Shown piece after piece: positions 12,743 to 22,933 of a stretch of 64,000 bases of DNA (its first letter is position 1; each line of letters opens with the position of its first letter). Origin of the DNA: Gammaproteobacteria bacterium (GTDB lineage: Bacteria > Pseudomonadota > Gammaproteobacteria > Eutrophobiales > Eutrophobiaceae); the NCBI GenBank assembly GCA_965243205.1, contig CBDEUK010000002.1, positions 288,001-352,000 of the forward strand, read 5' to 3'. A program made the position numbers and the translations under genes. A model generated the notes under the pieces. That model was not told where the DNA came from and did not search any database. It saw nothing but the letters and a program-made list of their open reading frames with translations.

Positions 12743-13624
12743 ATGATGGAATTTTTTTATGGTCTTTCAGCTGAAGTAAGTTTCTACTTAACAATTGCCT
12801 GTGTTTTTCTAACAGTATGTCTATTATGGTTTATCGTAGCAAAAAAAATACAAATAGCTGTTGAGAATTATAAAAATACATTTACATCAGCGGCGAATAG
12901 TCAATTATCAGATATGTTTGTATCATTTGATGCACAACAATTATTTATATTTAATTTAATTGCCATCATCTTATTACCATTATTCATTTGGTTACTTACT
13001 GGAGATATTTCAGCCACAGTTGTAATGTTTGCAGTGATATTCTTTTTGCCAACTATTATCTATCGTTCCATAAGAAAAAAACGTTTAAAACGTTTCGAAC
13101 AACAACTCCCTGATGCACTAGCAATGGTGTCGGGTGCAATACGCGCTGGAGCAAGCTTGAATATTGCTTTAGAAGGAATGGTAAAAGAACAGCCTGCTCC
13201 TATATCTCAAGAATTTGAATTGTTTCTAAGAGAGCAAAGACTCGGTGTTGACTTTGAGTTGTCATTGAAAAATATGGAACAGCGTATTCCTATACAAGAT
13301 TTTAATATGTTGGTAACTGCTCTCATGATTAATAGAGAGGTTGGTGGTAATTTGGCTGAGACTATGGAAAGTTTAGGTGAAACATTAAGACGTAAACAAA
13401 TGATGGAAGGTAAGATCGAAGGTTTAACAGCCCAAGGAAAATTACAAGGTATTGTTATGACAGGGTTACCAATTTTTCTTGGCGTGTTATTAAATTTTAT
13501 GGAACCTGAAGCAATGAGTAAATTGTGGACAACAACGATTGGTTGGGTTGTTTTAAGTATTATTATTGTTATGGAAACGTTGGGTTATTTTATTATTAAT
13601 AAAATTACAAGTATCGATGTTTAG
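12743..13624 (+). CDS. tadB: TadB platform protein
   Basis: FEQQLPDAL..IRAG, GGNLAE T2SSF motifs. Confidence 0.93.
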   Translation: MMEFFYGLSAEVSFYLTIACVFLTVCLLWFIVAKKIQIAVENYKNTFTSAANSQLSDMFVSFDAQQLFIFNLIAIILLPLFIWLLTGDISATVVMFAVIFFLPTIIYRSIRKKRLKRFEQQLPDALAMVSGAIRAGASLNIALEGMVKEQPAPISQEFELFLREQRLGVDFELSLKNMEQRIPIQDFNMLVTALMINREVGGNLAETMESLGETLRRKQMMEGKIEGLTAQGKLQGIVMTGLPIFLGVLLNFMEPEAMSKLWTTTIGWVVLSIIIVMETLGYFIINKITSIDV

Positions 13625-13636
13625 TTTTTATACTAT

Positions 13637-14518
13637 ATGAATAGTTTATATTACAGTGGAAGCCTAATTACATTTGCTATTGCCGGCATTCTATTTTTTG
13701 CTTTAGTAGCATTTTTGTATTCCATGATCGATCAAGAAGATCGTACATACATGGACCCACTCCCATGGAAGTTAAAGATACTTTGGCCATTTATACAAAT
13801 TATAGCTAATTTCTTTGTGGTATATCTTCCTTATGAACTATTAGAAAGTACAGATAAAAAAATTTCCCAGTCAGGAGTCAGTTATTTATTAAATGCTGAA
13901 CAGTTTATTGCTTTAAGAATTATTTCAGCCATCATAGCACCATTATTTGCTTTGTTTGTTATGGTAAGTCTTAAGAATTTTCAACCTGTATGGTTAATTA
14001 TTACCCCGATATTAGGATTTATGTTACCAATCATATGGTTGTCAGATACACGTAAAAAACGTGATGATGCAGTGATCAGAACATTGCCTGTTTATCTTGA
14101 TTTTCTAACGATGTGTGTAGAAGGAGGACTCAATTTACAAGGAGCATTAGGGCAGGCTATGGAAAAAGCACCAGCAGGTCCATTAAGAAATGAGTTTGCT
14201 ATAGTATTACGTGATTTACGTTCAGGCTTATCGAGAGCTGATTCATTACGCCGCATGGCGGAACGTTTAGATATTCAAGAGATTACAAGTTTTGTCAGTT
14301 CTATCATTCAAGCTGAAAAGATGGGCGCATCGATGGCTAGTGTATTACGCATCCAGTCAGATCAACGAAGAAATGAACGTTTTCAACGAGCTGAAAAAAA
14401 AGCAATGGAAGCGCCAGTAAAATTAGTTTTTCCACTCGTATTATTTATTTTTCCAGTCACATTTATCGTTTTATTATTTCCTATCGCTATGAAATTTATT
14501 AGTGAAGGCTTGTTATGA
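13637..14518 (+). CDS. tadC: TadC platform protein
   Basis: LPVYLDFL..VEGG, AEKKAMEAPVKLVFPLVLFIFP. Confidence 0.93.
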   Translation: MNSLYYSGSLITFAIAGILFFALVAFLYSMIDQEDRTYMDPLPWKLKILWPFIQIIANFFVVYLPYELLESTDKKISQSGVSYLLNAEQFIALRIISAIIAPLFALFVMVSLKNFQPVWLIITPILGFMLPIIWLSDTRKKRDDAVIRTLPVYLDFLTMCVEGGLNLQGALGQAMEKAPAGPLRNEFAIVLRDLRSGLSRADSLRRMAERLDIQEITSFVSSIIQAEKMGASMASVLRIQSDQRRNERFQRAEKKAMEAPVKLVFPLVLFIFPVTFIVLLFPIAMKFISEGLL

Positions 14519-14868
14519 TTCATGGTTATTTAGAGAATGAAAAAGGCGATTGCTTGATCTCTGAAGTTAAAAAAACTTCAAACTTTATTGAACGTTTCGT
14601 TGGTTTATTAGGAAAAAAACCATTAAATTCAAATCAAGCATTATTAATCGCTCCTTGTTCATCTGTACATACATTCGGTATGCGCTACCCAATTGATTTG
14701 ATATTTCTCAATAAAGATTTCATAGTATTAAAAACAGTTCGATCATTAAAGCCATGGCGTTTTGCTTTTGCAAATTCAGCTTCAATGGTTGTAGAAATGT
14801 CAGGTAATGCACTTGATACTTTAAACATTAATGTAAAACAAAAACTTTTCTGGCATGAAAAAAAATAA
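14515..14868 (+). CDS. DUF192 family protein
   Basis: R..GLLG, PCSSVHTFGMRYPIDLIFL, LKPWR. Confidence 0.85.
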   Translation: MIHGYLENEKGDCLISEVKKTSNFIERFVGLLGKKPLNSNQALLIAPCSSVHTFGMRYPIDLIFLNKDFIVLKTVRSLKPWRFAFANSASMVVEMSGNALDTLNINVKQKLFWHEKK

Positions 14869-15340
14869 ACTCTTTTTTAATATTTTATTTCTATTAGTAG
14901 CTTTGCCTCATCTATATGCTTGTAGTCAAATGGCGGTCCAATCTGAAAATAATACGACTGAGCAAGATAATAGTAGTGAATCGCTTTTAGTTCTTAGCCA
15001 AGAAGCTGAAACGGCTTATTTAAATAATGATTTAAATAAGAGTGCTGAGGCATATGAAATTCTAGTTGAAAAAATACCACAAGAGGCTACATATTGGTTT
15101 CGTTTAGCGAATATATATGTAAAAACAAATAGGCCTCAAGAAGCTATTGAATTATATAGAGAAGCTTTGATACGTGATCCAAAATTTTCTAAAGCTTGGT
15201 ATAACTTAAGTATCGTTCAATTAAAACAGACAGCATATAATTTAAATGAAATGTTGATCTATACTGATCCAAATGATCCACTTTATGAGAAAGGTATAGT
15301 TATACTTGAAAAAGTAGAAGATATTATAAAGCAAGATTAA
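14855..15340 (+). CDS. TPR lipoprotein (TadD/pilotin-like)
   Basis: Lipobox LYAC; TPR repeats YWFRLAN, AWYNL. Confidence 0.8.
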   Translation: MKKNKLFFNILFLLVALPHLYACSQMAVQSENNTTEQDNSSESLLVLSQEAETAYLNNDLNKSAEAYEILVEKIPQEATYWFRLANIYVKTNRPQEAIELYREALIRDPKFSKAWYNLSIVQLKQTAYNLNEMLIYTDPNDPLYEKGIVILEKVEDIIKQD

Positions 15341-15356
15341 TTTTCAACTTTATTTT

Positions 15357-16301
15357 ATGAATGCTATAAAACTAAAAAAAATAAATGGTTTTAATCATAT
15401 GCTAGGCCAGTCTATGGTTGAGTTTGTGATTGTATTGCCAGTGATGATGATGTTAATACTAGCAATCATTCAGTTTGGACTAATTTATAAAGCTAAAATT
15501 ACACTTAATTATGCTGCGTATCAAACAGCTAGAGCAGGCACCTTAAATAATGCCAGTTTAGAAACTATGAATTTAGCCTTCTCTAGTAATATGGCGCCAC
15601 TCTATACAACTAGTTATTTTAATATGGATAGTAGTGGTAATTGCACCAGTAGTTTTGCTGCTACTGATAGTGCTAGAAATACTAGGCTTGGAGGAAAAGA
15701 AATCACTGAGAATGGCTTGCGTGGAATATTAGATGCTAATATCAATAATTTCGATTCTGAAAAAGTCTTGTGTGCTAGAAAAGTAGTTAACCGTCAGATA
15801 GACGATGGGTACGTAAGGATATCGGTAGTTAACCCAAGTCCAACATCATTTTCTAATTTTGGGGTTGATGGTTATTACGATAGTAATGATGATGGTAATT
15901 ACAGTACGGTTAATATGATTCCAAATGATAATCTTATGTATCGTGATCCTACCGTGATTGCCTCTGGTTCTTCTGGCCAGTCAATACAAGATGCAAACTT
16001 ACTCAAAATTCATGTTGGCTATTGTTATGAATTAATTATTCCATTTATTAATCGCATAATTTGGGCAATGCAAAATTATGGACCTGGTTCTGCGCCACCT
16101 CAGGAAAAAATGGTTGGTAATTATTGGGCTGATCCTAATGCAACGCCACCAGGTTTTTTTGGGCCACCACAAGGTGATTTTGCAACGAGCTGTATAACTA
16201 ATCCGACAGATGCAAACCGTTACAGTATTGTTCTATATTCTCAAGCTATTATGAGAATGCAGTCGAATGCGGTTGAATGTGAGGTTGCAGATAGTTGTTA
16301 A
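15357..16301 (+). CDS. TadE family pseudopilin
   Basis: GQS|MVEFVIVLP, LNYAAYQTARAG, IQDANLLKI. Confidence 0.85.
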   Translation: MNAIKLKKINGFNHMLGQSMVEFVIVLPVMMMLILAIIQFGLIYKAKITLNYAAYQTARAGTLNNASLETMNLAFSSNMAPLYTTSYFNMDSSGNCTSSFAATDSARNTRLGGKEITENGLRGILDANINNFDSEKVLCARKVVNRQIDDGYVRISVVNPSPTSFSNFGVDGYYDSNDDGNYSTVNMIPNDNLMYRDPTVIASGSSGQSIQDANLLKIHVGYCYELIIPFINRIIWAMQNYGPGSAPPQEKMVGNYWADPNATPPGFFGPPQGDFATSCITNPTDANRYSIVLYSQAIMRMQSNAVECEVADSC

Positions 16302-16316
16302 TTATATTGAAATTTA

Positions 16317-17252
16317 TTAATCCGCTACGATAACTCTATTACGCCCTTCTTCTTTTGCACGATAAAGTGCTTCATCTGCACGTTGTAAAAATGAATATTT
16401 ATTTTCTTCATCACGTAACTTAGCAACACCAATACTAATGGTCATTGTAATTTCATGTTCTTGATGTTTACAGATAAGGCTCTCAACAGCAGAACGAATT
16501 CTATTTGCTAATAGTGATGCGCCTTCAATTTGAGTATTACGTAATAAAATTAAAAATTCTTCGCCGCCATAACGAAATAATACGTCACTTCGTCGGACAC
16601 ATTCACGCATACAATCAGCAATAGTTTTTAATACTGCATCGCCTGCGATATGACCGTATGTATCGTTTATGTCTTTAAATTTATCAACATCGAGTAATAA
16701 AACCGTTAACGGTAAGTTATGGCGTTGAGCAAAATCTAATTCTTGATCAAATGCGCTATCCATCGCCGCACGGTTATTCAAATCAGTTAATGGATCTCGA
16801 AAGGCAGTTTCAATTGCACGTTTATATAGTAGAGAGTTTCTTACTGGATATAATAGTGCAGCAACTAATTTATCCAGATGATTTAATTCATCTTTAGTAA
16901 ATTGCTGTTTACGATAAAAACTAACTTCGCCAAGATTTTTTCTCAGTAATACTAATTTATAGGTATAGCAATAAGATTTATTTTCACCGAGTTCGACTAA
17001 GATATTTTCTTTGAGATTTTTATAGGTAAAGCCGTCATGAGGAATAAAGGCACTGACTTCATCATCATACAACTCAAGTAATTTGGTGATATCAAGCGTA
17101 CTCTGTAAAGTTTGGGTTAAACCGAGGAACGATGAGTCCTCCATAGCATTCGCAGGCATGCTATTTTCCATAGGCTTGTTAGTTTTTTCTGTATCCGTCA
17201 CGGGTATATCCAAAGTCTGTATTGGAATCGTATTACTGCTCGATTGTTGCAT
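16317..17252 (-). CDS. Diguanylate cyclase
   Basis: DPLT.LNNR, DKFKDINDTYGH, RRSD I-site, intact GGEEF. Confidence 0.93.
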   Translation of the reverse strand: MQQSSSNTIPIQTLDIPVTDTEKTNKPMENSMPANAMEDSSFLGLTQTLQSTLDITKLLELYDDEVSAFIPHDGFTYKNLKENILVELGENKSYCYTYKLVLLRKNLGEVSFYRKQQFTKDELNHLDKLVAALLYPVRNSLLYKRAIETAFRDPLTDLNNRAAMDSAFDQELDFAQRHNLPLTVLLLDVDKFKDINDTYGHIAGDAVLKTIADCMRECVRRSDVLFRYGGEEFLILLRNTQIEGASLLANRIRSAVESLICKHQEHEITMTISIGVAKLRDEENKYSFLQRADEALYRAKEEGRNRVIVAD

Positions 17253-17290
17253 AATATTATCTATACAATTGCTTAAGTTGTTAAATAATT

Positions 17291-17306
17291 TGCAATTAGA
17301 ATGCCA
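17291..17306 (-). promoter_or_regulatory. Sigma54 -24/-12 promoter of the diguanylate cyclase
   Basis: Minus strand TGGCATTCTAATTGCA (GG-N10-GC); IHF consensus AATCAATAACTTA at 17323-17335. Confidence 0.7.
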
Positions 17307-17410
17307 TTTATATATTTATAATAATCAATAACTTATAATAATCACTTGAGAAAAAGTGTCAATGACTTGGTCAAAAAATAGCCAAATTTTAGTTATGGCA
17401 GTATAAGTTA

Positions 17411-19018
17411 CTAGCTCAGTTTGGAAGCTAGCATGGTATCGAGTAGTTCGAATGATTTATTCGGTTCAGGGTAATCTAGAGTGTAGTGCAGACCTCTACT
17501 TTCTTTTCGAATCATAGCTGATTGGACGATCAATCCAGCAATACAGATGAGATTCCTTAATTCGATAATATCTTGATTCAATTTAAAATTTCCATAATAT
17601 TCATGGACTTCTGAACGAAGCAGGTCAATGCGATGCTGTGCTCTTTGCAAACGTTTGGTCGTTCTTACGATGCCTACGTAATCCCACATAAAACGCCTTA
17701 TTTCATCCCAGTTATGTGATACCACAACTTCCTCATCTGAATCGGTTACTTGTGATTCATCCCATTCTGGTAGTACAGGAGGCGTTTCTACGTCCGGCAA
17801 TTGGCGGCAAATATCGTTATAAGCGGAATGTGCAAAGACAACGCATTCCAATAGCGAATTACTTGCCATACGATTAGCACCATGAAGACCTGAGCAGCTC
17901 ACTTCACCAATTGCATACAGTCCTTCAATATCAGTTTGCCCTTGATGGTCAATGACCACACCTCCGCAGGTATAATGGGCTGCAGGAACTACAGGAATCT
18001 GTTCTGTTGCCATATCAAAACCAAAGCTAAGACAACGTTCATAAATGGTTGGAAAATGTTCTTCTAAAAAAATTTGTGGTTTATGAGTTATATCAAGGTA
18101 TACATAATCATTACCTGAACGTTTCATTTCGTGGTCAATCGCTCTAGCGACGATATCTCTAGGGGCTAATTCAGCTCGTTCATCAAAACGAGGCATGAAT
18201 CTTTCTCCATTTTCTAGGCGTAAATATGCTCCTTCGCCTCGTAAGGCTTCTGAAATTAAAAAAGATTTTGCTTCAGGGTGGTATAAGCAGGTAGGGTGAA
18301 ACTGAATAAATTCCATATTAGCAATTCGACATCCCGCCCGCCATGCCATGGCAATTCCATCGCCCGTACTAACATCAGGGTTACTGGTGTATAAATAAAC
18401 TTTTCCAGCACCACCAGAGGCTAAAACCACAAATTTTGAGCGATGAACTTTTATTCTTTTATCACTATTATCATAGACATAGGCACCTAAGCATCGATTG
18501 TTTTTATAACCAATTTTTGAACCAGTAATTAAATCCACAGCAGTAGAATGTTCGAAAAGTTCGATATTCGGATTAGAACGAGCTAGATCTTCTAGGGTGG
18601 TCTCAATGGCTCTGCCGGTAGAATCAGCGGCATGTATAATTCGACGGTGACTATGTCCACCTTCTTTATGTAAATGATAGTCATAACTGCTATTAGGGTT
18701 ATCGGATTTCGTAAATTCAACACCTAGATTAATTAGCCATTCGATATTTTGTTTGCCATTCTCGACCACAAAACGTACGACATCTTCTTTACATAGGCCT
18801 GCACCAGCAACCAAAGTGTCTTGTACATGTGATTCAATTGAATCAAATTTGTCGAGTACAGCAGACACACCACCTTGTGCGTATAGGGTTGCTCCTTCAG
18901 AAAGCGCTTCTTTAGATAAAACACCTACTTTGGCATGTTTGGATAAGTGTAAAGCTAAACTGAGGCCTGCAGCACCGCTGCCTATAATAAGAATGTCATG
19001 AAGATATTGGTGTGTCAT
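17411..19018 (-). CDS. nadB: L-aspartate oxidase
   Basis: GSGAAG FAD motif, [24 protein letters not shown]; divergent from rpoE. Confidence 0.98.
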   Translation of the reverse strand: MTHQYLHDILIIGSGAAGLSLALHLSKHAKVGVLSKEALSEGATLYAQGGVSAVLDKFDSIESHVQDTLVAGAGLCKEDVVRFVVENGKQNIEWLINLGVEFTKSDNPNSSYDYHLHKEGGHSHRRIIHAADSTGRAIETTLEDLARSNPNIELFEHSTAVDLITGSKIGYKNNRCLGAYVYDNSDKRIKVHRSKFVVLASGGAGKVYLYTSNPDVSTGDGIAMAWRAGCRIANMEFIQFHPTCLYHPEAKSFLISEALRGEGAYLRLENGERFMPRFDERAELAPRDIVARAIDHEMKRSGNDYVYLDITHKPQIFLEEHFPTIYERCLSFGFDMATEQIPVVPAAHYTCGGVVIDHQGQTDIEGLYAIGEVSCSGLHGANRMASNSLLECVVFAHSAYNDICRQLPDVETPPVLPEWDESQVTDSDEEVVVSHNWDEIRRFMWDYVGIVRTTKRLQRAQHRIDLLRSEVHEYYGNFKLNQDIIELRNLICIAGLIVQSAMIRKESRGLHYTLDYPEPNKSFELLDTMLASKLS

Positions 19019-19146
19019 CCGAGTTAATGTATGATTCGTGATAATTTGTGTAAGCGTTTGATCGAACGGTTATATTTTTTAGAATTGTACACAGTCTAGG
19101 CATAATAATTGAAACACACAATAATTAGATTTAAGGAAATGCCCTA

Positions 19147-19728
19147 ATGGGCGAGAAAGTAACAGATCAACAGCTCGTAGAAAGAGTCCAACAAGGTGAT
19201 AAAAAAGCCTTCGATTTATTGGTTCTAAAATACCAACAACGGGTCGTTAACTTAGTATCACGGTTTGTTCGGAACCATAGCGATGCTTTGGATGTCACAC
19301 AAGAAGCTTTCATTAAAGCGTATAGGGCATTGCCGAAATTTCGGGGTGATAGTGCTTTTTATACTTGGATGTATCGAATTGCAGTGAACACAGCTAAAAA
19401 CCATTTAGCTCAACAATCTCGCCGGCCGATGGAAACTGAACAAGATATATCAGAAGCGGAACATTTTCAGGGTGAGAGTGCTCTAAAAGACAATGCATCA
19501 CCAGAACGATTAATGATGCGTGATCAAATCCAGGAAGTTGTGGCGAAAACCATTGATAGTTTGCCAGAAGATTTGAAAACAGCTATCACATTACGTGAAT
19601 TAGAAGGCTTAAGCTATGAAGAGATTGCAGAAGTCATGGAATGTCCGATTGGAACGGTTCGTTCCAGGATATTTCGAGCCAGGGAAGCCATCGATAAGGA
19701 ATTAAAACCATTAATAGACTTTAGGTAA
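19147..19728 (+). CDS. rpoE: ECF sigma factor RpoE
   Basis: DQQLVERVQQGDKKAFDLLV, CPIGTVRSRIFRAR. Confidence 0.98.
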   Translation: MGEKVTDQQLVERVQQGDKKAFDLLVLKYQQRVVNLVSRFVRNHSDALDVTQEAFIKAYRALPKFRGDSAFYTWMYRIAVNTAKNHLAQQSRRPMETEQDISEAEHFQGESALKDNASPERLMMRDQIQEVVAKTIDSLPEDLKTAITLRELEGLSYEEIAEVMECPIGTVRSRIFRAREAIDKELKPLIDFR

Positions 19729-19737
19729 CTGAAAACG

Positions 19738-20319
19738 ATGAGTAACGAGAAAATTGAACAAATATCTGCATTGATGGATGGTGAGATAGAAATTAATAGC
19801 CAAACAGTTATTGATTCTATAAATGACGAGGAGAGTCGACAAACCTGGACACGCTATCATTTAGTCCGTGATTCTTTGCAAGGCCAATTACCAGAATCAA
19901 TCGACATAAATCTTGCGGATAAAATTAGTGCGGCTATTGCTGAAGAGCCAACTGTATTAGCTCCGAAACCAAGTTCTCAACCTTCGTACATAAAACCAAT
20001 TGCTGGTTTTGCTATCGCCGCTTCTGTTACTGCTGCGGTATTAGTCGGTGTTCAGTCATTGCAACAGCCGAGTGGGGATATTCCTTCAGTACCTATTGCT
20101 AATACTCAACCAATCAATAGTGAATTGGTTCAAACAGTGACATTGAATGAACAAGAGCAACAACAATTCGCTCCTGCGGATTTAAATGATTCAGAAAACA
20201 ATCCAAATAATCCCCGCTTGAATCGCTATTTAATGAATTATAATGAGCTCAGAGCAAACAGTGCAGTACAAGGTATGCCGCCTTATGTGAGAATGATTGG
20301 ATATGAAGCGGATAAATAA
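19738..20319 (+). CDS. rseA: Anti-sigma factor RseA/MucA
   Basis: EQISALMDGE, WTRYHL, TM AIAASV. Confidence 0.93.
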   Translation: MSNEKIEQISALMDGEIEINSQTVIDSINDEESRQTWTRYHLVRDSLQGQLPESIDINLADKISAAIAEEPTVLAPKPSSQPSYIKPIAGFAIAASVTAAVLVGVQSLQQPSGDIPSVPIANTQPINSELVQTVTLNEQEQQQFAPADLNDSENNPNNPRLNRYLMNYNELRANSAVQGMPPYVRMIGYEADK

Positions 20320-21316
20320 TTATAACAATAATTTCAAAATCATTAATTACTATAACTTCCTTCTAGCAGTATTCATCATGCTTAGCTGTGTTCAAGCAGC
20401 TAATGCTGATACTTCTCAACTAGCTCGTAGTTTGATCAACTCAATGTCTAAAGCAACTGATGAATTGAACTATGATGGGATCTTTGTTTTTAGCCGTGGT
20501 CAACAAATCGATACCATGCGTATTATTCATCATGCTGATACAAATGGATCGGTTGAACGATTATTTTCGATGAGTGGTACTGCGCGTGAAGTTATTCGTG
20601 ATGAAGAAGGTGTGAAATGTATTTTTCCTGATAATCAAAAAGTTATGGTTGATAAAGTTCGACCTAGGGAATTTATTTTCAGTCAATTACCAGAACCAAT
20701 TGAGCAAGTAGCACGATTTTATAGTTTTAGTGTTGCTGGTACTGATCGAGTTGCTGGTAGAGAAGCTTGGGTTGTTAATGTAATCCCAAAAGATACTTAT
20801 CGTTATGGATATCAATTATGGATTGATAAAGATAGTAACTTACTTCTGAAATCAGCTTTAAAAAATCAAAAAGGTCGTTCAATAGAACAAGTTATTTTTA
20901 CTCAGTTAGAAGTCTTGGAAGATGTTGATGAGAATCTGCTGAAACCAGAATTAGTTGGGGCTAATTATACTTGGCATGAAAGTAACTATGACAAAGTCAA
21001 TTCAGAGATTCAGGAAACAGACTGGTTGGTGAATTGGATGCCTAAAGGCTTTAACCAAACTGAATATGAGAAACAAGAATCACAAGATTCTAATTTTCCT
21101 ATGGATCATATTATCTATTCAGATGGTTTAGCTATCGTTTCAGTATTCATAGAAAAACTAGATGAAACCAGTGACTTTGCACCAGGTTTAACACAAATGG
21201 GCGGTATTAATGCTTTTACTGTTTCTTCAAGTGGTTATCAAGTGACTGCTGTTGGAGAAGTACCGAAAAAAACCGTTCAGCAAATGGCGATTTCCGTAAA
21301 ACGTCGTTCAAATTAA
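20297..21316 (+). CDS. rseB: RseB/MucB periplasmic regulator
   Basis: LNYDGIF, DTYRYGYQLWID, YSDGLAIVSVFIE. Confidence 0.93.
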   Translation: MDMKRINNYNNNFKIINYYNFLLAVFIMLSCVQAANADTSQLARSLINSMSKATDELNYDGIFVFSRGQQIDTMRIIHHADTNGSVERLFSMSGTAREVIRDEEGVKCIFPDNQKVMVDKVRPREFIFSQLPEPIEQVARFYSFSVAGTDRVAGREAWVVNVIPKDTYRYGYQLWIDKDSNLLLKSALKNQKGRSIEQVIFTQLEVLEDVDENLLKPELVGANYTWHESNYDKVNSEIQETDWLVNWMPKGFNQTEYEKQESQDSNFPMDHIIYSDGLAIVSVFIEKLDETSDFAPGLTQMGGINAFTVSSSGYQVTAVGEVPKKTVQQMAISVKRRSN

Positions 21317-21352
21317 TTTCTTAAATAGTTCATATAGATAGTTGGAGCATTC

Positions 21353-22816
21353 ATGAAAAGAGCTTATCTAAATCTTGTCGTGCCTAGATTTCTTTTTACA
21401 TTAAGTTTGATCGGGCTTGCAGTCTCAGTCCACTCAAGATCATTACCTGACTTTACACCTTTAGTTGAACAGAATGCCGCGGCTGTCGTTAATATCAGTA
21501 CCACTGTAAAAAATAATGCAAAAGGTGGAATGGCTCCTCATCAATTTAATTTGCCAGATGTGCCTGAAGATAGTCCATTCTATGACTTCTTTCGAAAATT
21601 TTTTGATGAAATGCCTGAAAATAATGGTGGACAACCAGCACCATTTGAAAAACGTTCTTCTTTAGGTTCTGGTTTTATTATTTCAGCTGATGGTTATGTG
21701 ATTACAAACAATCATGTTGTTGATAATGCTGATGAGATCATTGTGAGGTTAAATGATCGACGTGAGTTTGAAGCAGAGTTAATCGGCAAAGATAAAAAAA
21801 GTGATATTGCTGTTTTAAAAATTGATGGTAATAACTTACCAGTTGTAAAAATTGGCAATTCAGAAAAATTAAAAGTCGGTGAATGGGTATTGGCGATTGG
21901 TTCGCCATTTGGTTTTGATCACTCAGTGACTTCAGGAATTGTCAGTGCGATTGGTCGTAGCTTGCCTAATGAAAACTATGTACCTTTTATTCAGACCGAT
22001 GTTGCTATTAACCCAGGTAATTCAGGCGGGCCATTGTTTAATCTCGATGGTGAAGTGGTTGGTGTGAATTCTCAAATTTATAGTCGTACTGGCGGTTTCA
22101 TGGGGCTTTCCTTTGCTGTGCCAGTAAACGTTATGATGGATGTTTATGAGCAACTGAAAAACCAAGGTGAGGTGAGTCGTGGTTGGTTAGGTGTTTTGAT
22201 TCAGGATGTTAATGCGGAGTTAGCTGAATCATTTGGTATGGATCGACCAATTGGTGCATTAGTCGCACAAGTTATTGAAGATAGTCCTGCTGAAAAAGCT
22301 GGATTTGAAGTTGGTGATATCGTGGTTAAGTTTAATGGTGAATCTGTTGATTTTTCCTCTGATTTGCCGCCAATGGTTGGTATTAGCAAGGTTGGTGATC
22401 GAATCCCAGTTGAAGTGATTCGGAATGGAAAAAATAAAACCTTATACGTTGTCATTGCCCAATTATCAGATACCAGTGGTACTGGTACCGGTCAAACTTT
22501 AGATAAGCCAGAGCAAAAATCAAATAATGTTCTTGATTTAGTGGTTAAAGATATTTCGGATAAACAACGAGATGAACTGAAAGTGGACGATCACGGAGTT
22601 ATTGTTGAAGAAGTAACGGCTGGCCCTGCTCAAGATGCAGGCGTTAGACGTGGCGATATTATCTTGTTGTTGAATAATATTAAAGTGAAAGACTCTGAGC
22701 ACTTTCAGACAATTACTAAAGAGTTACCATTTGATAAGTCGGTACCGATTTTAATTCAACGGCGTGGTGGCCCAATATTTCTGGCGATTAAAATTGAAAA
22801 AGAAGAAAACAATTAG
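21353..22816 (+). CDS. mucD: Do/DegQ-family serine protease (MucD-like)
   Basis: TNNHV, GNSGGPL, two PDZ domains; position after mucB/rseB. Confidence 0.9.
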   Translation: MKRAYLNLVVPRFLFTLSLIGLAVSVHSRSLPDFTPLVEQNAAAVVNISTTVKNNAKGGMAPHQFNLPDVPEDSPFYDFFRKFFDEMPENNGGQPAPFEKRSSLGSGFIISADGYVITNNHVVDNADEIIVRLNDRREFEAELIGKDKKSDIAVLKIDGNNLPVVKIGNSEKLKVGEWVLAIGSPFGFDHSVTSGIVSAIGRSLPNENYVPFIQTDVAINPGNSGGPLFNLDGEVVGVNSQIYSRTGGFMGLSFAVPVNVMMDVYEQLKNQGEVSRGWLGVLIQDVNAELAESFGMDRPIGALVAQVIEDSPAEKAGFEVGDIVVKFNGESVDFSSDLPPMVGISKVGDRIPVEVIRNGKNKTLYVVIAQLSDTSGTGTGQTLDKPEQKSNNVLDLVVKDISDKQRDELKVDDHGVIVEEVTAGPAQDAGVRRGDIILLLNNIKVKDSEHFQTITKELPFDKSVPILIQRRGGPIFLAIKIEKEENN

Positions 22817-22881
22817 AGATACTAATTATTAAAACATTCGGTTCCCGTAAACCGGGATATCCGTTAGAATCCGCTGTTTTT

Positions 22882-22911
22882 AATAGCCCATTTAATATGG
22901 GCTATTTGTTT
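22882..22911 (+). terminator. Stem-loop between mucD and lepA
   Basis: AATAGCCCAT-TTAAT-ATGGGCTATT followed by TGTTT. Confidence 0.55.
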
Positions 22912-22933
22912 ATTAGGAAGCCACAACTCGAAT

